This document shows, piece by piece, positions 59,339 to 64,000 of a DNA stretch of 64,000 nucleotides. The first letter of the stretch is position 1. Each line of letters starts with the position of its first letter. The DNA is taken from assembly GCA_965216875.1 (NCBI GenBank), contig OZ244207.1, positions 6,272,001 through 6,336,000 of the forward strand. The letters are read 5' to 3'. Under the pieces are notes generated by a model. It worked only from the letters and a program-made list of their open reading frames with translations. It was not told where the DNA came from and ran no database searches. The position numbers were made by a program, and so were the translations under genes. This DNA comes from Rubripirellula sp. (GTDB lineage Bacteria > Planctomycetota > Planctomycetia > Pirellulales > Pirellulaceae).

Positions 59339-60496
59339 ATGGATCCTTCCGTCGCAAATCGAATTCTCGAGCATTTGAAACAGCGGCGCGAGGAGATGGT
59401 CGAGTTCGCCGCTACGCTGGCCGAGGTTGAGTCGCCGTCGCACGATGGCGGTTCCCAGGCAGCTGCTTTCCGTCTGCTTACTGACCGGCTCGAGGCCTTG
59501 GGGTTTCGTTGCCGCCGATTCCCTGGCGATCGAAGTGGCGGCCAGCTTTTGGCAGTGCCGGAAAAGCGAAAGCGAAAGGCACCCATTCAATTGCTTCTCG
59601 GTCATTGCGATACGGTTTGGCCGATCGGAACGGTCGAGACGATGCCCGTCCGGGTAAGCGACGGCAAGTTGTTCGGACCAGGCGTCTACGACATGAAAGG
59701 AGGGCTGACTCAGGGACTGTTTGCGATCCAAACGCTTTTGGATCTCGGCATGGAAACTGCGGTCGAGCCGATCTTCTTTATCAATTCCGACGAAGAGATT
59801 GGAAGCCGCGAATCGGAGTCAAAGATTCGCCGACTCGCAGCAGCAGTTGACCGTGTGTATGTCCTGGAACCCTCACTTGGAGAGTCGGGGAAACTGAAGA
59901 CATCACGCAAGGGTGTTGGCCGTTTTGAGATCGCGACCATCGGCAAAGCTGCCCACGCTGGATTGGATCCCGATAAAGGTGTCAGTGCCATCGTCGCGAT
60001 GGCCCAGGTGATCGAGCAGCTCGACGCGTTCAACGACAGCGCCGCCGGAGTCTCCGTGAATGTTGGAACGGTCGCGGGCGGGACTCGACCGAACGTGATC
60101 GCAGCCGAGTGCCGCGTCGAAGTGGATATCCGAGTGCGAACAATTGAGCAGGCCGAGCATATTGAAGCTGCAATCAGCAAATTGACGGTTCGCGATACAA
60201 GGGTTCGCATCGAAGTGACCGGCGGGTTTTCTCGACCGCCACTCGAAGCGACATCGCGCAACCAGGCGTTATGGGAACAGGCGAGACAAATCGCCGAGAC
60301 GCTCAGGATCCCCATCGAACAAGGGGCCGCAGGTGGTGGATCAGACGGAAATTGGACCAGCCTTTACGCCGCGACGCTGGATGGACTTGGTGCGGTTGGT
60401 GATGGCGCGCACGCGACGCACGAGCATCTGTTGATCGACAAGATGCCAGAGCGAGCAGCGCTGCTCGCATGTATGATGCTCAGCGAGCTGAATTAG
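59339..60496 (+). CDS. M20 family metallopeptidase/deacylase (carboxypeptidase G2/ArgE-like)
   Basis: LLGHCDTVW, GPGVYDMKGG, SDEEIGS, LEP, AHAG, GGSDGN and GAH. Confidence 0.88.
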   Translation: MDPSVANRILEHLKQRREEMVEFAATLAEVESPSHDGGSQAAAFRLLTDRLEALGFRCRRFPGDRSGGQLLAVPEKRKRKAPIQLLLGHCDTVWPIGTVETMPVRVSDGKLFGPGVYDMKGGLTQGLFAIQTLLDLGMETAVEPIFFINSDEEIGSRESESKIRRLAAAVDRVYVLEPSLGESGKLKTSRKGVGRFEIATIGKAAHAGLDPDKGVSAIVAMAQVIEQLDAFNDSAAGVSVNVGTVAGGTRPNVIAAECRVEVDIRVRTIEQAEHIEAAISKLTVRDTRVRIEVTGGFSRPPLEATSRNQALWEQARQIAETLRIPIEQGAAGGGSDGNWTSLYAATLDGLGAVGDGAHATHEHLLIDKMPERAALLACMMLSELN

Positions 60497-60654
60497 GTGC
60501 GCGAAATCGCTTCGTAGACCGAGATTCTCGGGCTACATCGTGCTTTTCAGACCCCACCGATCTGCTTATTCTGGTAGGCTTCTGAGCCGATTCATGACAC
60601 ATTCATTGGGAGCTGGGGGACGATCCTGAAACAGGCGGGCATCTTCCCAAATTC

Positions 60655-62337
60655 ATGAGCGATATTCTGCTCTATTATCGGCGCCCCGATCCGACGACAT
60701 GGGTTTATATGTCGTCGTTCTTAACGATTGGCTTGTACTTCGTGTTCCACCGTTTTTGGAGCATGAGGAACCTCGATATCGTGCTTTTGATCTTGCTCGC
60801 GCCCGGCATGTTGATGGTGCACGAGGGACGCCGCCAATGGGTGCTCGAGGCTGAAAAGAAGGACGCCGTCGCTGCTCAGCGTTCGCAGACTCCCGTGCCG
60901 GACGATGATCGAACGCAAAATGGGGAAGATGACCAAGCGGGCAAGAATAGGCCTAGCTCAAAGGTCCTCGTCGCATTTCATCAAGACGCTTCCGATGACG
61001 ATCTCCAACAGGGGGAGTCGCCCAAAGCGGCTGACGCTCAACCGTCTGGCGACGATGATTCAAAAGATGATGCCAACGACGAGTCAAACGACGAGTCGAT
61101 GGATGCCGAAGCACCTGGCACCGACGCAGCCGAAGGCGATGGAGCAGATGTTGCGGTGACGGATCCGAACATTGTAGGCGCCGACGACGAAGTGACACCT
61201 TTGTCGGATTCGGGGTACACCGCTTCAGAAATCCAACGGCTGGGATTCATCACCTTGTTTGTGGTTCAAGCTCTCATTCTGATTCGCTTGATGCTTGATC
61301 CGTTGAAGACGCGCCGACCGTTGCTCGATCCCAACCTGTCGATCGGCGGCTTGAACTTCATCGGAATCTCGATGTTCATCTTCATGATGGCCAACGTGGT
61401 GGCGAGCAACCCTCGGTTGCAGGCGACGCAGGGTCCCCAGCTTGGACCAGGCTATGCCTTGATGAACATGCTGCCGGCAATCCCAACGCGTCCGGTAAGT
61501 GATGCACTTGGAAGTGCGGCACCGCCAACCGAGGGCGAGTTGACCTCATCGCAAGCACGGCTTGCGATGATCGCCAAAGTCCTTGCGATCGTCGCCCAAA
61601 TGGCGGTCGTGACTGGAATCGTGCTGATTGGCAATCGACACTTCGGGAACCTTCGCGCTGGAGTTGGTTGCGCGACGCTGTATCTGATGATGCCCTATAC
61701 GGCACAGATGACCGGCCGCGTTGACCATGCGGTTCCAGCTGCGCTTTTGGTTTGGGCGCTGCTGCTTTATCGCAAACCCATTTTGGCGGGCAGCTTTTTC
61801 GGTTTGGCTGGCGGCTTGGTCTATTACCCATTATTCCTGCTGCCACTTTGGGTCAGCTTTTATTGGAAGCGTGGTGCGGGTCGCTTCGCAACTGGCGTGG
61901 CGGTGATGTTGGCCGTGTTGATGGTGCTGCTGTCACTCGCGGGAACCGATACGCTTGTCGAACATTTACGTTTGATGTTTGGCTTGTTCTCACCCTTCAA
62001 GGAGGCGAGTGAGCTGCGCGGGTTCTGGCAATTGGGGCTCAATCCAATATGGCGGCTTCCGGTGATTGTCGGATTCGTCATCTTGAGTATGTTCTTTGCG
62101 GTTTGGCCGGCTCAGAAGAATCTGGGAACCTTGCTGAGTGGTTCCGCCGCCGTGATGGTGGCTGCTCAATTTTGGCATGGCTATGGTGGCGGGCTTTACA
62201 TCGCTTGGTTCTTGCCGTTCTTGTTGCTCACGATCTTTCGTCCCAACTTGGAAGATCGTGTCGCGATCAAAGTGGTCGATGAATCAAGATCAGGGAATTC
62301 ATCAAGAGAATCGCGGCTGGAGGCCGAAGCGGCTTGA
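60655..62337 (+). CDS. Polytopic membrane protein (GT-C/GT87-like inferred) with a long acidic insertion
   Basis: More than ten hydrophobic segments, YYPLFLLP and YIAWFLP motifs; D/E-rich loop in the N-terminal third. Confidence 0.6.
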   Translation: MSDILLYYRRPDPTTWVYMSSFLTIGLYFVFHRFWSMRNLDIVLLILLAPGMLMVHEGRRQWVLEAEKKDAVAAQRSQTPVPDDDRTQNGEDDQAGKNRPSSKVLVAFHQDASDDDLQQGESPKAADAQPSGDDDSKDDANDESNDESMDAEAPGTDAAEGDGADVAVTDPNIVGADDEVTPLSDSGYTASEIQRLGFITLFVVQALILIRLMLDPLKTRRPLLDPNLSIGGLNFIGISMFIFMMANVVASNPRLQATQGPQLGPGYALMNMLPAIPTRPVSDALGSAAPPTEGELTSSQARLAMIAKVLAIVAQMAVVTGIVLIGNRHFGNLRAGVGCATLYLMMPYTAQMTGRVDHAVPAALLVWALLLYRKPILAGSFFGLAGGLVYYPLFLLPLWVSFYWKRGAGRFATGVAVMLAVLMVLLSLAGTDTLVEHLRLMFGLFSPFKEASELRGFWQLGLNPIWRLPVIVGFVILSMFFAVWPAQKNLGTLLSGSAAVMVAAQFWHGYGGGLYIAWFLPFLLLTIFRPNLEDRVAIKVVDESRSGNSSRESRLEAEAA

Positions 62338-64000
62338 CCAACGAAACTTCCGCAAGGGAATCCGAGCTGGGAGATGCATCCCAGGCACTCGCACGCTACC
62401 GCGAACACCTTCAAACGATTGCCAACGAACGCGACCAGTTGAAGGCCAAGGATCGCAAGTTTGGCGTTGTTCGCGTGATCCTGTTCTTCGCAGCAATCGT
62501 TTGCTGGATTGTCGGCATCTACGAAGACGGACCAGGTTGGATCGGCACCGGTGCGATCGTACTGTTTCTGATCGTCGTGATCGTCAATGAACCGATTCGC
62601 GAACGCCTGGAAGAACTGCGAAAACATCGAAGTGTGATTCGGCGGTTGATCGCACGGCTGGAACGCGACTGGGATCGATTGGCAACCAAACAACTCGCCA
62701 GGCAACTTGCCGAGGTCCCGCTTCCAGATCATCGTCGCGACGTTGCCGACGATTTAGATTTGCTCGGGCGCGCGTCGTTGTTTCACCTAGTGTCGATGAG
62801 CTTCACGATGCCCGGGATCCGCACGCTCGCCGGTTGGCTAGCCGGTCCTGCGGTCGCGGAGGTCGCTCGCGAGCGATCCACGGCGATCGCTGCTCTGGCA
62901 CCGATGAGAGAGGAACGGCTGAGGTTCTATACGTTGTCGCGCGAAGTCGGTGACAGCAGCGGTGACCCGGATCAATTCACCGACTGGGCCATTGGCGAGG
63001 CGTGGCTACCAGGAAGGAAGTGGTTGGTGACTTGGTCGCATGTCACCACCGGCTTGTCGGCTTTGCTCGTCGTGGCATTCGTCGTCGGGATCATTGGGAT
63101 CGTGCCAACCTTCGTGCTCAAGTACAGCTTGATTGCGATGGGCGCGTTGATCGCAATCAACATGCTGATCACCACAGCCTTTCTCGCACCGGCGCACGCA
63201 ATCTTTTCGATTGCCATGCACAACCGACGAGCGGTCGACAATTATGAGGAGATCTTTTCGGCGGCCGGGTGGATTCCACAAGCATCCGATGGCCCGCTGA
63301 CCAGAATCCGAGACACGCTGCTTAACGGACCGACCTCTGCCGTCGAAGGCATGCGAGCACTTCGGAAAGTGGCTGGCGCGGGCGGGCTACGACAATCTGC
63401 GGCAACGTTTCTGATTTACCTGCCCCTGCAAGCGCTCATGCTTTGGGATGTCCGCGTTCTAAAACGTCTCGAAGATTGGCAAGAGATCTATCGCGAACAT
63501 GTTGGTGGTTGGTTTTCGGCACTCGGCGAATTGGAAGCCTTGCTTTCGCTGGCCGCATTACGTGATGAATACCCTGGATGGGCGCAGCCGTCGTGGCAAA
63601 CGGGTGACGATTCGATCGTATTGGAAGCGACTTCCATCGGTCACCCACTGCTGCACGATGGCGCGCGCGTTTGCAACGATGTCTCCATGGGGCCGCCAGG
63701 GACGATGTTGTTGGTCACCGGCAGCAACATGTCCGGCAAGAGCACGATGCTCCGCAGCGTCGGATTGAATGTCGCGTTGGCGGGGGCCGGGGCACCCGTG
63801 TGTGCCAAGACGTTCCAACTTCCTTCGGTCGAGTTGGCAACCAGTATTCGCGTCAGCGATAACCTGAGTGAGGGTGTTTCGTTCTACATGGCGGAACTGA
63901 AACGGCTCAAGAGTGTTGTCCAGCACGCCCAAGAGATGTCCAAGGCCGAAGATCGCGTTTGCTTGTTCCTGTTGGACGAAATCTTGCAGGGGACCAACAG
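62334..64000 (+). CDS. Membrane-anchored MutS-domain-V ATPase (MutS-related), truncated by the window edge
   Basis: TTG start overlaps the upstream TGA after GGAGG; in-frame TM segments, GHPLL, VTGSNMSGKSTMLR, SFYMAELKRL and LLDEILQGTN. Absent from the ORF track because there is no stop in the window. Confidence 0.88.
   Translation, partial: MTNETSARESELGDASQALARYREHLQTIANERDQLKAKDRKFGVVRVILFFAAIVCWIVGIYEDGPGWIGTGAIVLFLIVVIVNEPIRERLEELRKHRSVIRRLIARLERDWDRLATKQLARQLAEVPLPDHRRDVADDLDLLGRASLFHLVSMSFTMPGIRTLAGWLAGPAVAEVARERSTAIAALAPMREERLRFYTLSREVGDSSGDPDQFTDWAIGEAWLPGRKWLVTWSHVTTGLSALLVVAFVVGIIGIVPTFVLKYSLIAMGALIAINMLITTAFLAPAHAIFSIAMHNRRAVDNYEEIFSAAGWIPQASDGPLTRIRDTLLNGPTSAVEGMRALRKVAGAGGLRQSAATFLIYLPLQALMLWDVRVLKRLEDWQEIYREHVGGWFSALGELEALLSLAALRDEYPGWAQPSWQTGDDSIVLEATSIGHPLLHDGARVCNDVSMGPPGTMLLVTGSNMSGKSTMLRSVGLNVALAGAGAPVCAKTFQLPSVELATSIRVSDNLSEGVSFYMAELKRLKSVVQHAQEMSKAEDRVCLFLLDEILQGTN

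Noticed and set aside
62972..63932. Short ORFs listed in the track at the right edge
   Set aside because: All lie within or antisense to the open MutS-like frame that starts at 62334.

Overview
A gene-dense, moderately GC-rich bacterial chromosomal window, most likely from a planctomycete of the Pirellulaceae type. The evidence is a DUF1559/H-X9-DG prepilin protein, Tat-exported sugar enzymes, a sulfatase, GS type II and a eukaryote-like Ser/Thr kinase. About 48 CDSs can be supported. They include bioF, a 2123-aa secreted macroglobulin-like protein, asnB, glnII, a cyclophilin, an SGNH/MBOAT O-acylation pair, fetAB-like ABC genes, hrpB, a CE15 esterase, msrA, astA with a class III aminotransferase and an M20 peptidase, and a truncated MutS-like gene at the right edge. 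I recognised no rRNA, tRNA, CRISPR array, transposase or prophage. Most notable signals: (1) a hybrid histidine kinase with a plant ethylene-receptor (ETR1)-like copper-site domain that carries Phe at the position equivalent to ETR1 Ile62; (2) a compact c-di-GMP/type IV pilus module with a PAS-GGDEF-degenerate HD-GYP-His-less Hpt protein divergent from an Asp-less pseudo-receiver, an MshEN-PilB, PilC and a Cys3His pilin; (3) several families of REP/REPIN-like intergenic palindromes, one close to the enterobacterial REP, stacked into mosaics; (4) frequent HIP1-like GCGATCGC octamers. All calls come from reading motifs by eye; no database searches were run.
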